Notes: a model not told the origin generated them from the letters alone. DNA of 64,000 nucleotides from Thermoanaerobaculia bacterium (GCA_044226625.1 JBGAGQ010000027.1:13363-77362); one strand, 5' to 3'; shown: positions 28,734 to 39,700, counted from the first letter of the stretch. Made by a program: numbers and translations.

Positions 28734-29299
28734 TCGAGGAAGCCCTCGCGCATCGCGTGACGAAGGTAGATCCGCGCCTTGTCCCACTGTCGCTGCACGG
28801 TCCGCTCGCTCACCCCGCGCAGCTCGGCGATCTCGCCGAAGGTAAAGCCGCAGAAGAACTTCAAGTCGACCACGTGGGCGATCTCCGGCTCGAGCGTCGC
28901 GAGCTCGTCGAGCGCCTGACCCAGGCGTTCCATCTCCTCGGCTTCGCTCGTCGGGGCGCCGCCGCCGACCTCCTTGCCGTCGAGCGAGGTCATCTCGAAG
29001 GCGCTTCCGCGCTTGCGGGCCTGCCGGCTCCTCAAGCCGTCGATGATCAGCCCGCGCATCACGCGGGCCGCATAGGAAAAGAACCGGGCGCGATCGGGGA
29101 ACGTCACCCCCTCGCGACGCGCGATGTCCAGATAGGCCTCGTGGAGCAGGCTGGTGACGCCGAGCGCGGCGCCTGGCCCGGAGCGCGCGAGCTCTCGCCG
29201 CGCGAGCCCGCGCAGCTCGCGGTAGAGCGCCGCGAACAGCGCTTCGGAGGCGCGCGGCTCGCCGCGCTCCGCGGATTGGAAGAGTAGGGAGAGCTCCAC
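28730..29299 (-). CDS. ECF sigma factor, kinase-associated type (TIGR02999/ECF43-like)
   Basis: TSLLHEAYL, R..A.KRG, FF.G.T..EIA...VS.RTV.R.W..AR motifs. Confidence 0.9.
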   Translation of the reverse strand: MELSLLFQSAERGEPRASEALFAALYRELRGLARRELARSGPGAALGVTSLLHEAYLDIARREGVTFPDRARFFSYAARVMRGLIIDGLRSRQARKRGSAFEMTSLDGKEVGGGAPTSEAEEMERLGQALDELATLEPEIAHVVDLKFFCGFTFGEIAELRGVSERTVQRQWDKARIYLRHAMREGFLD

Positions 29300-29371
29300 C
29301 GGTCGCCTCGCCAGCCTCGGATGAGGCCGGTCCGGGAGCGGCGGCTCAAGTACCGAGGATTTGCGAGAAGG

Positions 29372-30655
29372 TTATGCTGCCGCGCCGGCCTGCGCAATCG
29401 GCGGTGGGGCGAGAGGCGGTGGGTTCTCCTTGGCGCGCGAGGGGGGTGGGACGGATTCGTCCCCCGAAGGCAGCGAGGCCAGGATCGAAGTGAGGTCGCC
29501 CACGTCGGCCGGTTTGACGAGGTGGTGATCGAATCCCGCGGCGCGCGAGCGAGCCCGGTCGAGCTCGCTGCCGTATCCCGTGAGGGCGACGAGATACGCC
29601 GGGTCCGTCCGGGGATCCGAGCGGAGCCGCTCCGCGACCTGATAGCCGTCCAGCCCGGGCATGCCGATGTCGAGGAAGACCAGCTCGGGCTTGAATTCCG
29701 TGGCGAGGGCGACGGCACTCGGTCCGTCGTGGGCCTCGCGCACGACATGCCCTTCCAACCGGAGCAAGAGGCACAGGCTGTCCGCTGCATCCCGGTTGTC
29801 GTCGACGATCAGCACGCGGTGGCTCGAATGGGGCGGCGCGGTCCGCGGCTCCTCCGGGCGAGCGACGGGGGCGATTTCGTCCTCCGCGAGGGGGAGACGG
29901 ATGACGAACTCGCTCCCTTGTCCTGCGCCGGCGCTCTTGGCGGAGAGAGTCCCGCCATGCAGCTCGATGAGCCGGCGGGCGAGCGTAAGACCCAGCCCGA
30001 GACCGTCCTCCTGTCGGGCGAGACTCGAGTCGGCTTTCTCAAAAGGCTCGAAAATCCCTTCCAGCAGAGCCGATGGGATCCCCTCCCCGTCGTCGCGCAC
30101 CCGAATCACCGCCCAGTCCCCTTCCTTCCGGGCGGTGATCCAGATCCGTCCCCCGACCGGGGTGAAGCGTGCCGCGTTTTCGACCAGCCGCACCATGACT
30201 TGGATCATCCGCAACGCGTCGAGCTCGACCGGAAGGAACACGGGCAGATCGATCTCGAGCGAGTGATCGCGCCTCGCCACGACGTCGCGCCACTGTTCCA
30301 TCGAGCGGTGGATCACCAAACGCGCGTCGATTCGCTCTTTGTGCAGCTCGATCGTTCCCTCGGAGGCGCGGCCGACGTCGAGCAGGTCGTCCACCAGCCG
30401 GACGAGCGTTTCGATCTGCCGGTCCAACATCTCGTGCATCTCACGGACCCGCGGTTCCTGCACCCTTGCCTTCTTGAGCAGATGGATTCCCGTCCGCAGG
30501 GGGGCGAGCGGGTTGCGCAGCTCGTGAGCCAGGAGATCGAGGAAGCGGGCGTCTCGGATGGGAGCCCGGTCGCGAGGGGCGAATTCAGCAGGGCGACGGA
30601 TCGGAAGAGAATTTCCTTCGAGGGACATCTGCGATCCTTCAAGCGTTTCGTTCAT
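29372..30655 (-). CDS. Hybrid histidine kinase/response regulator without a sensor domain
   Basis: AHELRNPL H-box, HATPase G-boxes, REC domain (VDDN, FLDIGMP, KP). Confidence 0.85.
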   Translation of the reverse strand: MNETLEGSQMSLEGNSLPIRRPAEFAPRDRAPIRDARFLDLLAHELRNPLAPLRTGIHLLKKARVQEPRVREMHEMLDRQIETLVRLVDDLLDVGRASEGTIELHKERIDARLVIHRSMEQWRDVVARRDHSLEIDLPVFLPVELDALRMIQVMVRLVENAARFTPVGGRIWITARKEGDWAVIRVRDDGEGIPSALLEGIFEPFEKADSSLARQEDGLGLGLTLARRLIELHGGTLSAKSAGAGQGSEFVIRLPLAEDEIAPVARPEEPRTAPPHSSHRVLIVDDNRDAADSLCLLLRLEGHVVREAHDGPSAVALATEFKPELVFLDIGMPGLDGYQVAERLRSDPRTDPAYLVALTGYGSELDRARSRAAGFDHHLVKPADVGDLTSILASLPSGDESVPPPSRAKENPPPLAPPPIAQAGAAA

Positions 30656-30873
30656 GTTCGCCAGCGCCGGTCCGATCGATTGCCGGTCGAAAACGGTCAA
30701 AATCCGCCTATAGCAAAATCCAAGCCCACGCTCCAGGCTGCCCCGGAGCGGGGTTGGGCGAAGGGGAGAGACCCCGAAGAAGGCGAAAGAGACCGCTTCA
30801 AGCGGGAGCGAAGCGGCCAGGAAATTTGTTCCGCCCTCCCTTCGCTCCTGTTCCGTCGCCCGCAGCGGACGCG

Positions 30874-32205
30874 TTACTTTTGCTCGGGAAATTTGAAGCC
30901 GATGTAGGTCCCCGAGCTGATTCCCATCAGGCCCAGGAGGGTCGCGCTGAACTCCGGCATCATCAGGTCGTTGTAGACCGAAGAGACGAACATGATGCCG
31001 AGCAGCAGGGTCCAGGCGAAGATCTGGAACCGGTGGAAGCTGTAGCCGGCGCCGTCCGACAGGACGTCGCGTAAGAAGCCCCGGGAGGTCGTGGACGACG
31101 GGGAGGGTGTGAGGTCTTGGATCTGCAGGTTCACCTGGGCGAGCCGGGTCCGGCTGTCCTGCATCTGCCGGTTGAGGCTGTCGCGAGCCGAGAGGGCGTC
31201 GGGCGAGACCGCGGCTTGCGGGGCGGCCACCGCCATCTGGGACTGCAAGTCGGGGAGGGTCTGCTGGAGAGCGTTCTTTTCGGCCTGGAGGTCGACCAGT
31301 TTCTCGGCGTCCGCGTTCGCCTGGCCGGAGTCGATCAACGCCTCGCTCAAGGCCGTCCCCGCGCTGATCCCCATCAGGGCCAGCAGCGAGGCGGTGATCG
31401 TGTCGAGCGACCCGGTGATCAGCCAGATCCCGAGATACGAAACGTAGATCAGGAAGAACCAGAACGCCATCTGCGCGCGCCCCAGGTTGTAGGGCCGGAG
31501 CTTGCCGGCGGCCGGGGACGGGCCCGACTCCCGGATCAGGTTCGTGGTGCGGGCGAGCCAGATCAACAGGAACATCGTGCCCAGGGTGACGACCGCGGCG
31601 ATCACTCCGTACCAGGGCGAGATCACGGTCAGGAGAACCTGGTTGCCGTTGCCGAAGACGGTATCGAAGGAGGAGTGCGCGTTGTCCTCGAGCCCGACGC
31701 TCAGCGTCACCGGATGTCGAATGCCGGTGGGCGCGCCCAGGAGGCTGGTCCAGACCGCACGGTTCTCGGCCGTGATCTCCAGGTGATAGGAGAGCAGTCC
31801 CCGCGCCGGCTCGATCTCGTCCGGATAGTTGCCGAGGATCGCGAGGCCATTGATGTAGGGGACGAGCTTGCCGGGATCGTTCGAGGTCGACCATTCGGAA
31901 AGATTGGCCACCCGAAGGCGAATCAGGTCGTCGAGCTCGAGATGCCCCTCGATGATCTCGACCACCTTCGGTGCGGGAGCCGCCGCCAGAGGCATCGCCG
32001 ACGGATTCGCTGCAACGGCGGGAGGAGCGGTCGCGGAGGTCGGAGTCGGCGGGGCGACGGAAGCGGCGGCCGGCGACGCGCTCGGAGCTCCCGGAGCGGC
32101 GTCCTGCGCCCGCAGGGACGACGAAGAGGACGAAAAGAAGGCCAGCAGACCCGCCCATACGACCAGCGCCCATGCCCTTCGAAGCCCCGCAGCGTTCGAT
32201 CGCAT
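30874..32205 (-). CDS. Hypothetical membrane protein with a coiled-coil insert
   Basis: Signal peptide, L.R.QMAFW and FHRFQ..WT...LL.LMGIS.GTY segments. Confidence 0.8.
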   Translation of the reverse strand: MRSNAAGLRRAWALVVWAGLLAFFSSSSSSLRAQDAAPGAPSASPAAASVAPPTPTSATAPPAVAANPSAMPLAAAPAPKVVEIIEGHLELDDLIRLRVANLSEWSTSNDPGKLVPYINGLAILGNYPDEIEPARGLLSYHLEITAENRAVWTSLLGAPTGIRHPVTLSVGLEDNAHSSFDTVFGNGNQVLLTVISPWYGVIAAVVTLGTMFLLIWLARTTNLIRESGPSPAAGKLRPYNLGRAQMAFWFFLIYVSYLGIWLITGSLDTITASLLALMGISAGTALSEALIDSGQANADAEKLVDLQAEKNALQQTLPDLQSQMAVAAPQAAVSPDALSARDSLNRQMQDSRTRLAQVNLQIQDLTPSPSSTTSRGFLRDVLSDGAGYSFHRFQIFAWTLLLGIMFVSSVYNDLMMPEFSATLLGLMGISSGTYIGFKFPEQK

Positions 32206-32382
32206 GCTTCCTCCGGTCAGCCCCTTGGGGCCAAGGGATATCGGTGGATGCCGATGAATCAGTTGGAAGGCAAAGGTTACAGCAGGATTGACGCGATCGG
32301 GCGAAACGCGGGCGCGGCGGAGGTTCCCTCCGACAGCCGGATCTTCGTGAGAAGTTCGGGCTAGACTTGGGCGATCCGGTCA

Positions 32383-33846
32383 TTGGTTTTGCGGGAGGCC
32401 CGATCGTTGCCCTATCGATCCCTGTTGTCGTCATCCACCCCTGAGATCCCGGAGCGCGGCCCGGGATGGTGGCCGATCGGTGAGCTCTGGTCGGGCACCT
32501 CTCGAGTCGGCCGTCTCGGTGCGTTGTGGCTCGCGGCGATCGCGATCTCGGTGGCCTTCGGCGTGGCCAACGTCAAGATGGGGTGGAACGGCATCGAGAT
32601 CTCGGTGTTCGGCATCCCGGCCGGCTTCACCATCTACCCGCCGTTCGTGCTCTCCGTGCTCCTCGCCTTCTGGCTCGGGCCGACCTGGGCGGCGGTGCCG
32701 ATCTATCTCGCCAATCTCGCGAGCGCGCTCGCCTCGGGCATGTCGCTGCCGATGAGCGCTCTGTTCGCGATCGCCGGGGTCATCGAGACGCTCATGCTCT
32801 GGGGGGCGCTCGTGGCGCTGCGCGTCGACCCGGTCCTACGGCGTCTGCGCGACCTCGCCTGGTTCATCGCGGCGGGCCTGGTGGCGGCGGTCACCGGCTC
32901 GCTCGCGGCGATCCTCTGGAACTCCAGCCATCATCTCGATCCCGCGATGAGCCAGAGGATCTGGCGCGGCTGGGTGATCGGGGATCTCATCCAGCTGGTC
33001 GCGATCGCGCTGCCCATCCTGCGCCTCCTGGGACCGATGGCCCAGGGTTGGGTCGACCGGCAGTTCGTCAATCCGCCTACCCGGGCGCTCAACGCCAAGC
33101 ACGGCTCGGTCCTGGCGGTCTCGGCGTTCGCGATCCTCGGCCTCGTGGTCTTCCTGGGGGTTCATCAGGCGCTCGGCTCGATCGAGCTCGCGCTCGACGC
33201 GCGGACCGCGACCGGCGAGCTGCTGCTGCCGAAGCTGCGCGAGATCATCCTGGCGATGGGACTCCTGTCGACGGCCCTGATCCTCGCGACCGGGATCTTC
33301 TCGACCGCTCTCGCGACGCTCGGCGAGCGGCAGAGGCGCGAGGCGTTGATCGACGGTCTCACCGGCTGCAACAACCGGCGCTCGTTCTCCTCAATGTTCT
33401 CTCGCGAGGCGGAGCGGAGCCGCCGCCTCGGTCTCGGCCTCGGTCTGCTGTTCCTGGACCTCGACCGGTTCAAGGAGCTGAACGACCGCTACGGTCACGA
33501 GGCGGGGGACCTCGCGCTCGCCCGCGCCGCGCGGCGGATCGAGTCCGCGCTACGCGAGACCGACCTGCTGTTCCGATGGGGCGGCGAGGAGTTCGTGGTC
33601 TTGATGGCCCACACCCACGCCGAAGAGATCGGCGAGGTGGCCGAGCGCGTCCGTGTTGCGCTCGAGCGGGAGCCGCTTGCCGCGCTGCCGGGAGGGGCGA
33701 TCCTCGGAACGACCGCGAGCCTGGGCGCGGTGGCGACCAGCCACTTCCCCGCGGATCCCGCCGAGCTGATCCGCCGCGCCGACGAGGCGTGTTACGAGGC
33801 GAAGCGGCGCGGCCGGAACCGGACCATCGTCGCGGCGCGCGATTGA
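32383..33846 (+). CDS. Membrane-bound diguanylate cyclase (MASE1-like sensor plus GGDEF)
   Basis: Multiple TM helices, D.LTG..NRR, DLDRFKELND.YGH..GD, RWGGEEF. Start uncertain. Confidence 0.9.
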   Translation: MVLREARSLPYRSLLSSSTPEIPERGPGWWPIGELWSGTSRVGRLGALWLAAIAISVAFGVANVKMGWNGIEISVFGIPAGFTIYPPFVLSVLLAFWLGPTWAAVPIYLANLASALASGMSLPMSALFAIAGVIETLMLWGALVALRVDPVLRRLRDLAWFIAAGLVAAVTGSLAAILWNSSHHLDPAMSQRIWRGWVIGDLIQLVAIALPILRLLGPMAQGWVDRQFVNPPTRALNAKHGSVLAVSAFAILGLVVFLGVHQALGSIELALDARTATGELLLPKLREIILAMGLLSTALILATGIFSTALATLGERQRREALIDGLTGCNNRRSFSSMFSREAERSRRLGLGLGLLFLDLDRFKELNDRYGHEAGDLALARAARRIESALRETDLLFRWGGEEFVVLMAHTHAEEIGEVAERVRVALEREPLAALPGGAILGTTASLGAVATSHFPADPAELIRRADEACYEAKRRGRNRTIVAARD

Positions 33847-33925
33847 CCCGGTCTCGGCCCAAACCGTGCGGCGTTGGGTGGTAGCCTTTGCGCATTCACG
33901 CCCAATCATGGTTCGAGGAGGCAGT

Positions 33926-34945
33926 ATGAGACCAGGCAGGCTTTTCCGGGCGTTCGTCGCCCTGCTCGTCGCGGTGCCCGCCACCGCCTTGACCTATAGC
34001 GGAGGGGCGAACCAGTTCGCCGGCGGTTTCAGCCCCTCGAACGCGCCCTACGGCGGGTTCGGCGGCGGAAGCTGCACGGCGTCGCGCACGCCGATCGTCT
34101 TCCTGCACGGAAACGGTGACGAGGCGAAGAACTGGGATTACCCCTCCTCGACCGGTGTCGCCTCGGTCTACGACGAATTCAAGGCCGCGGGCTACAACGA
34201 TTGCGAGCTGTTCGGCCTCACCTGGCTTTCGAGCTCGGAGCGAGGGGCGCCGCAATTGAACTATCACGGACCCGGCAAGGCGGCGATGGTGCGCGACTTC
34301 ATCAACGCGGTGAAGAGCTATACCGGCAAATCGCAAGTCGACGTGATCGCCCATTCGATGGGGGTGACGGTGGCGATCCACGCGGCCGACTACGGGGCCC
34401 TGTGGGGGAGCGTCCGGAAATTCGTCGCGATCTCCGGCGCGGTGCGCGGGCTCGCCTCCTGCTATTGGGCGGGATACGCGAATCCGGCCATCACCACCTG
34501 TGGCAGCCAGAACGTGTTCGACGCGAACGTCTTCGGTTTCTTTCCGCACGCGGCGCCCGGCTACAACCCGAAGATGGGCGACGGCGGATATCGCGACAAA
34601 CCTTCGGGCAAGAGCACACAGTTCTATTCGCTGCGCGCCGGCTTCAACGATCAGATCGTCTGCTCGACCACGTCGTTCTACGCCGGCTGCGGCGACACCT
34701 CGAAGTTCGACGCCTATGCGAACGTCAAGGCGCAGCTCAACGTCGGCCGCGGATCGACCGCGATCCAATACGACTACAACTTTTCGGATTGGAGCCCGTT
34801 CAACACCGGCGGCGGCGACACGGACGGAGTCGGCCATTTCCGCGCCAAGAACAACACCGGCGTGATCCAAAGAAACATGATCACCGGCACCACCTGCTCG
34901 GGGACGGGATGTTGCGCCGGCTACGGATTTTCCTGCGTGAACTGA
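33926..34945 (+). CDS. phaZ7: PhaZ7-like extracellular native-PHB depolymerase
   Basis: YGGFGGGSCTA..TPIVF.HGNGD, AHSMG lipase box, KAQLNVG.GS and GGGD..GVGHFR match Paucimonas PhaZ7 as recalled. Confidence 0.8.
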   Translation: MRPGRLFRAFVALLVAVPATALTYSGGANQFAGGFSPSNAPYGGFGGGSCTASRTPIVFLHGNGDEAKNWDYPSSTGVASVYDEFKAAGYNDCELFGLTWLSSSERGAPQLNYHGPGKAAMVRDFINAVKSYTGKSQVDVIAHSMGVTVAIHAADYGALWGSVRKFVAISGAVRGLASCYWAGYANPAITTCGSQNVFDANVFGFFPHAAPGYNPKMGDGGYRDKPSGKSTQFYSLRAGFNDQIVCSTTSFYAGCGDTSKFDAYANVKAQLNVGRGSTAIQYDYNFSDWSPFNTGGGDTDGVGHFRAKNNTGVIQRNMITGTTCSGTGCCAGYGFSCVN

Positions 34946-35027
34946 GGGGAACCCACTTGTCGTTCGGCGACCTCTTCGCGACGCCCCGGCCGGGAGATCG
35001 GTCCGGGGCGCCGCGAGCTCGTGGTCG

Positions 35028-36239
35028 CTAGCTCGACGCGACCTTGGGGCAGAAGCAGAGAACCTTGTTCGACTTGCCCGAGGCGGGGGGATAGAACTTG
35101 TTGATGAATTTCATGCAGTCTTTGATGTCGGTGTAGAGCGGACCGTCGCCGTTCTTGCTCGTCCAGTCGCCGTCGGCCTCCTGCTTCATCGCGTGCACCC
35201 AGTTGCTGTCGGTCGGGTCCTCGTTGCCGGGGCAGACCTCGAACACCATCTTGATCGCCTTGCCTCCCCCTGCGCAGGCGGGCTTCGAGCAGTCAGCCGC
35301 CTTGTCGGGATCGAATCCGTTGTCGCGGAGAATGTCTTTCCAACCGTTGCCCGGCACGTCCGGATTCGGTTGGACCCACCGGTCGGTGAGGCAGTTGAGA
35401 CCCCACGCGAAGCAGTTGTAAGGCGTCGTACCACCGGGCCCGCCCGGCTTGAGGATCCACGAGTAGGGATTTTGTTGCGCGACACAGACGGCGGGATCCG
35501 CCGCAGGGGTGCTCGAGCCCGGAACCTCGATCCACGGGGGCGTCGCGACGATGAGTTGCCCGATGGCACGACGGGGGTCGCGGGCGGTGGTATCCCCGAG
35601 CCAGGACAGGTGGCTGCCGTGGAGCGGATGCGGGGCGGAGCGCAGCTCGGAGAGCGTCATGTCGGAGTGGTTGTCCCACCAGTCCTGGTACATGACGTAC
35701 GCCTGCTCGTAGCGCACCTCCTGGCGGTCGTCGTTTCCGGCCGAGAGGCGGAGCGAGAAGTGCGGCGTCGGGCTTCCCTTCAGGATGCCCTCGACGAGGT
35801 AGAGGGCGACCTGGTCGACCGTGAGCGATCCCGCCATCACGATCTCGCAGCTCTCCGGATCCTGGGTGGCGGCCCCGGCGTAGAGCGACTTGTCGGTCGA
35901 GAGGTTCAGGAGCGAGGGGATGCAGACCTTGCCTGCCGAGTACAGGCGCATGTAGGCGCGGTCGGCCGTCGCTTTTTCGGAGGAATGCAGGTCTCGAACC
36001 GACGCGGCGCACAAGGCCGTCGGAGGTTCACGGTCGGCTCCGACCGGGAGGGCCAGCGCCGGAAGCGCCAGGAAGAGCAGAAGCCCGACGACGCCGAGGA
36101 TGCCGAAAGGACGCTTCGAGACACACCTCACCCACACACCGCTTTGCACGTGTTTCTCCTTCGCCTCGTCGTAAGAGGCCGTTAGAAAGAGGGTTCTGCC
36201 TTTATCTGTGCGGCGAGCCCGAAGAAGGTGACACGGCAC
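35028..36239 (-). CDS. Secreted two-domain protein with a C-terminal papain-like Cys/His domain
   Basis: Hydrophobic signal, YNCFAW...HAM....WTSKNG. True start probably downstream of 36239. Confidence 0.65.
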   Translation of the reverse strand: MPCHLLRARRTDKGRTLFLTASYDEAKEKHVQSGVWVRCVSKRPFGILGVVGLLLFLALPALALPVGADREPPTALCAASVRDLHSSEKATADRAYMRLYSAGKVCIPSLLNLSTDKSLYAGAATQDPESCEIVMAGSLTVDQVALYLVEGILKGSPTPHFSLRLSAGNDDRQEVRYEQAYVMYQDWWDNHSDMTLSELRSAPHPLHGSHLSWLGDTTARDPRRAIGQLIVATPPWIEVPGSSTPAADPAVCVAQQNPYSWILKPGGPGGTTPYNCFAWGLNCLTDRWVQPNPDVPGNGWKDILRDNGFDPDKAADCSKPACAGGGKAIKMVFEVCPGNEDPTDSNWVHAMKQEADGDWTSKNGDGPLYTDIKDCMKFINKFYPPASGKSNKVLCFCPKVASS

Positions 36240-36273
36240 CCGGAAGCCCGGCGACGAGGCGTGTGCCCACGGC

Positions 36274-36684
36274 TCAGGAGCCGCTGCTCGATCCTTCCGG
36301 CAGGATAGGAGGCGGTGCGTCAGCGCCCCAGGTCCCCGCGAGGTTGGACTCGCCGTCCTCGTCGATCTCGTCGCGGCGCAGGGAAAGCAGCTTGACGTTG
36401 CCGGTGATTCCGCCGCTTCCGTCGTCTTCGACGGTGACTATCCAGTCGAGGCCCGTCCCCTCGTCCCGCACCCTCTCTCCTACGAGGCGTCCGCCTTCAA
36501 ACCGAAGGCCGTGAAGCTCGTGAGTTACGCCCTCCGCATCGGTCCACGTCACGTGGAATACTCCCTTGGGGCTTTCCTCGATTTTCAAGGGCTTTCCGGA
36601 AGGAAACGCGTTGGCGATCCGGGCGTGGCCCCGCGCGTCCCGGATTTTCCAGGTGCGTATGAAATAGCTCGAGTCTGTCGACAT
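36274..36684 (-). CDS. Hypothetical protein
   Basis: AAGGA RBS and beta-rich 136-aa ORF downstream of the CHAT gene. Confidence 0.6.
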   Translation of the reverse strand: MSTDSSYFIRTWKIRDARGHARIANAFPSGKPLKIEESPKGVFHVTWTDAEGVTHELHGLRFEGGRLVGERVRDEGTGLDWIVTVEDDGSGGITGNVKLLSLRRDEIDEDGESNLAGTWGADAPPPILPEGSSSGS

Positions 36685-36794
36685 GTCGCGTCCTTTCTCG
36701 CCCGCGGGGTGGGGCGCTGGGCGAGGTCGTCATCGGGTACCGATCTGCGGTACAGCGTCTCTCAGGTCAATCTGTCACGAAGGGGTAGATCGTC

Positions 36795-39700
36795 TCACCG
36801 CGCGGTCCCGTCTTTACCTCCATTTCCAAACAAAACGAAACCTGCCCAGTACGCCGGGTCCCGGGTTCGACGGTCCTTGCGTAGAGAGCGCTGCGCCGCC
36901 CGGAGGGCGGCCGCGGGAGAGAGCCCTTCTTCGAGGTGCGCGCGGTAGAAACGGATCATCAGCTCCGCGGTCGGCCGGTCTTGGACCCGCCAGAGGCTCG
37001 CGATCACGCTCCGCGCCCCGGCCTCGAAAAAAGCGCCGGTAAGGCCGACCAAGCCTTCGCCGCGCATCTCCCGGCCGAGCGCGGTCTCGCAACCGGACAG
37101 GACGACGAGGTCCGCTTGAAGCGAAAGCCCGTAGAGATCGGCGAGGCCCAAGAAGCCCTCGCGCGGCGCGCCGCGCTCGTCGACAAGGGAGAGCACGAGG
37201 CCGGAGAGGCGAGGGGTCTCCGTGTCGATCACACCGTGGGTCGCGAGATGGAGGATCTCTCCATCGTCTAGCGCTCCAGCCAAGACCGCCGCCCGATCGG
37301 CCGCGAAGCCGAGCAGCGTGGTGGCGCGCCGCGGACCTACGGCGAAGACCGGGAGCGCTCCGATCGCCTCGACCTCGCGGCGGGTCGAAGCGAGCCGCTG
37401 GAGGACCGGTGGCTCGGCTCGGTCTCCTGGACGCGTGGGGGGCACTGAGGTCGCGAGGTTTCGTACTCGCGGATCGAAGGGCGAAAAGACCGGATCGCCG
37501 ACCAGGATCGCCCGTCGTCCGCGCTCTTTGGCCTCCGGACGACCTCTCCCGGGAGTCCGGAGAGCGGCGAGCACCGAAGCGGAAGGGAGCGAGGTCACCT
37601 CGTGCCGTTCGATGAGCGGCAGATCGTTCGAGTCCCCCGGGATCGGTAGGGCGGAGAACGGTACGTACAGGAGGGCGCCGTCGGCCACGACCAGCAGGCG
37701 GTGATCGCCGAGCCGGGACGCGATCGGTCCGAGCACAAGCCGTGAAAGCTCGCGGCGCGCGCTCCGCTCCTCGTCGTCGGCCCGACGGTCGCCCAGTTCC
37801 GTCTTGCGCAGATCTTCGTAGACCCGGCGGGCGAGCCGTTCGAGCTCGGCACGCGGCGGCAGCTCGTAGGCCGAGATCTCCCCTCGGGTGAGCGCCCAGA
37901 GGTAGCTGGTCCTCTCACCGAGCGCCAGCTCGATCAGTAGCTCGTCGTCGCGGAGCATCGCGCGGGCCTGGTCGGAGTCGACGGTCGCGACGGTCGCGAC
38001 GGTCGCGACGGTCGTGCTCGACGCGGTCGAACGGTTCTGGTTCGCGGCGGCGATCTCGGCCTTCAGGCGATCGTCCTCGGCGAGCAGGTCGTCGATCTCG
38101 TGAGCGAGGGCCTGGGATCGTGCGTCCGGAGCACCGTTCGCGAGGCTTTCGATCCTCCGCCGGGCCTTGGCCGCGAGGCGTTCGCCGATCTCCCGGGCGC
38201 GCCGCCTCAGGTCGGGCTCGATCCCGCCAGGGGCCGCCCGCGCGTCCGTCAACAGGTCGAGCAGCGAACGCGCCCGGGCGCGTTCGGCAAGGGCGAAACC
38301 CGCCTCGACCGCGTCGCCTCGGATCGGCCGAGGCCCGCCCGCTCGCTCGGATGGGCTCGTCTCCGCCCCGTCGAGCGTCAGCTCGAGGGCGAGGTCGAAG
38401 GTCCGTACCCTGCCGGCGAGAAACGAGGCCCGAAGCTCCGGCGCCACGACCGCGGAGCGGAGCACCTCGACGAGGTCGAGCGCCTCGCGGACGTGGGCGC
38501 GGGCATCCTGGCGTCGCTTGAGGCGACGCTCGGCCTCCGCGAGCGCGGTGAGCGTCTCGGAGGCTCCCGCCCGGTCGTCGAGCGAGCGCCGAATCGCCAG
38601 CGCTTCCGAGAGAGGCGCGAGCGCCGCTTCGCTTTCGCCCGCGAGCGTGAGCGCTTCGCCCCGTCGCGACAGAGACGCAGCGAGACCTCGGCGGTCGTTC
38701 AAGCCGCGGAACAGGTCGACCGCGCTTTGAGCCGTGGTGAGGGCGAGCGCGGCTTTCCCTTCCGAGGCATAGATCCGGGAGATCTGCTGAAGAGCGTTCG
38801 CCTCCTGGGCCGGCCATCGAGCCTCGTGGGCTAGGGCGATCGCCGCTTCCAGGTTCTGCTCGGCCGCACTCGTCTCTCCGAGCCGCGCTTTCGCCGAACC
38901 GAGAAGGCCGAGCGTCGTCACCTCGCCTCGCCGGTCGCCGGCAGCGCGGCGAAGCGCGAGCGCCTGCTCGAGCTCGCGAGCGGCGCGGCCCTCATCTCCC
39001 GCTGCGAGATAGGCGACGCCCCGGTTCTGGCGGATCCGCGCCTGCCATCCCCGGTCGCCGAGGGCGGCCGCTCGCTCGAGCGCCTGGCCGTAGCGTTCGA
39101 GCGCCTCGCTCGTTTCGCCGATCTCGGCGAGCAGCACGCCGAGGTTGTTGAGCACCGAGACCTCGCCGCGCTTTTCTCCGAGCGCACGCAGGAGCGGCAG
39201 TGCGGCCTCGTAGGCCGCGCGTGCCTTTTCCGGCTCGCCGAGCAGATCGTAGATCCCGCCGAGGTTTCCTCCAGCGATCGCCGCGGTGTCCACGGCTTGG
39301 ACCCGGCGCAGCTTTTCGATCGCCTCTTCATAGCAGGGGATCGACTCCCGCCATTCGCCACGAGACTGCCGCGCGAGGCAGACGTTCGCGCGGGTCGTCG
39401 CCTCGCCGTAGGCGTCGCCGCGACGGATCTCGATCGCGAGCGCGCGTTCGAAGCGCGCGATGGCACCGTTCGTGTCGCCGGTCGCGGCGAGCCCCAGGCC
39501 GAATAGGGCCTCCGCCTGGCTCTCCGCCGCATCGGCACCGAGGGCCGAGAAGGCCTTCACCGCCCGTTCGGCAAGCGGTACGGCGCTCTTCGCTTCGCCG
39601 AGCGAGAGATAGGCCTCGGCTTCGAGGAAGAGGGTGCGCGCGACCTCGTGCGGGCGTCCGGCGGCGCGAAACGCCGGGAGGGCTCGTTCGGCCAGCTCGG

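Noticed and set aside
30656-32434. N-terminal extension making a 1020-aa kinase
   Set aside because: Arg/Pro-rich off-frame reading that overlaps the real 30874-32205 gene.
37981-38016. 9-bp tandem repeat in the CHAT gene
   Set aside because: In-frame VAT linker expansion with no sign of phase variation.
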